The notes under the pieces: generated by a model
Database searches by the model: none
Told to the model about the DNA's origin: nothing
The model's input: only the letters and a program-made list of their open reading frames with translations
Part shown: piece after piece, positions 63,413 to 64,000 of the stretch
How positions within the stretch are numbered: the stretch's first letter is position 1
Layout of the letters: every line of letters begins with the position of its first letter
Position numbers and translations under genes: made by a program
From: Nitrospinales bacterium
GTDB lineage: Bacteria; Nitrospinota; Nitrospinia; Nitrospinales; VA-1
Assembly (NCBI GenBank): GCA_965223345.1
Contig: CBDCWG010000012.1
Coordinates: 2,400,001 to 2,464,000, forward strand
Reading direction: 5' to 3'
Length of the DNA: 64,000 bases

Positions 63413-64000
63413 TTGTCGCCCTTCAATATCGGCCTGATCCTGCTTTCCAGCTTCAGCCACGCCTTCTGGAACGTGCTGACGCAGACCAGCAAAAACTCAC
63501 GTTATTTCTCCGGCCTCAAGGGGCTGTGGATCCTGGCGATGGCGCTGCCCGCGCTGGTGTGGCTCGATTTTCCGTGGGGGCCGCCGGAACTGCTGTTTTG
63601 GGCGGGGGTCTCGGGGATACTGCACGGCGTGTACATCCTCAGCCTGTCGCGTGCCTACGATTCCGCCGACATCTCCTACGTGTATCCGATCGCCCGCTCG
63701 GCGCCGGTGTTCGTGCCGGTGTTCGCGTTCCTGCTGCTGGGCGAGCACCTGACACCCACTACGGTGTTGGCGATCGTCATCATCCTGCTTGCGATCTACA
63801 TCCTGCATTTCGAGGGCCACCTGATCCGCGGATTCAAAAACCTGTACGACGCGGTGCGGCATCAGGATCTTCGCTGGGCGTTTGTCACGCTGGCGCTGGT
63901 GGTGGCTTACAGCTTGGTGGACAAGAAGGGGATGGACGTGTTTCTGGCGCACTATCCCGATTCGGCGTTCGTCAACGGCATTCTGTTCTTTTTTCTGGAA
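63413..64000 (+). CDS. EamA/DMT family transporter, truncated by window edge
   Basis: Read directly from the DNA (absent from the ORF track): L.S...HA.WN, AY...D.S.VYPIARS.P, LLGE; GGAG before TTG. Confidence 0.85.
   Translation, partial: MSPFNIGLILLSSFSHAFWNVLTQTSKNSRYFSGLKGLWILAMALPALVWLDFPWGPPELLFWAGVSGILHGVYILSLSRAYDSADISYVYPIARSAPVFVPVFAFLLLGEHLTPTTVLAIVIILLAIYILHFEGHLIRGFKNLYDAVRHQDLRWAFVTLALVVAYSLVDKKGMDVFLAHYPDSAFVNGILFFFLE

Overview
This window is a mosaic of a GC-rich core and two visibly AT-richer accessory blocks. The gene content (PRDFT-type cytochromes c, DUF3365 and DUF1566 proteins, two DabA paralogs) suggests a chemolithoautotroph such as Nitrospina/Nitrospinota; this is inference, not verified. 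Core genes include leuA, cmoA, gltBD, uppP, alaC-hom-thrC, trxB, clpB, addAB-like, moaCDE and tRNA-Pro(CGG). The main result is two inorganic-carbon-pump (DAB/DUF2309) loci. Locus 1 (12.3-18.9 kb, minus strand) is dabB, a degenerate antiporter-like subunit, dabA and a PII/SbtB-like gene. It lies between tRNA-Pro and two decayed copies of that tRNA's 3' end, each with its own hairpin, consistent with fossil tandem integrations. Locus 2 (31.7-42.5 kb, plus strand) is dabA followed by an Mrp/Mnh E-F-G-B'-B-C-D set, a NuoL/DabB-like subunit and NuoM, with no redox subunits. The NuoL-like lateral helix is lengthened by tandem 27-aa repeats, suggesting an unusually long Mrp-coupled carbon-pump membrane arm. 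No CRISPR array, rRNA, integrase or transposase was seen.
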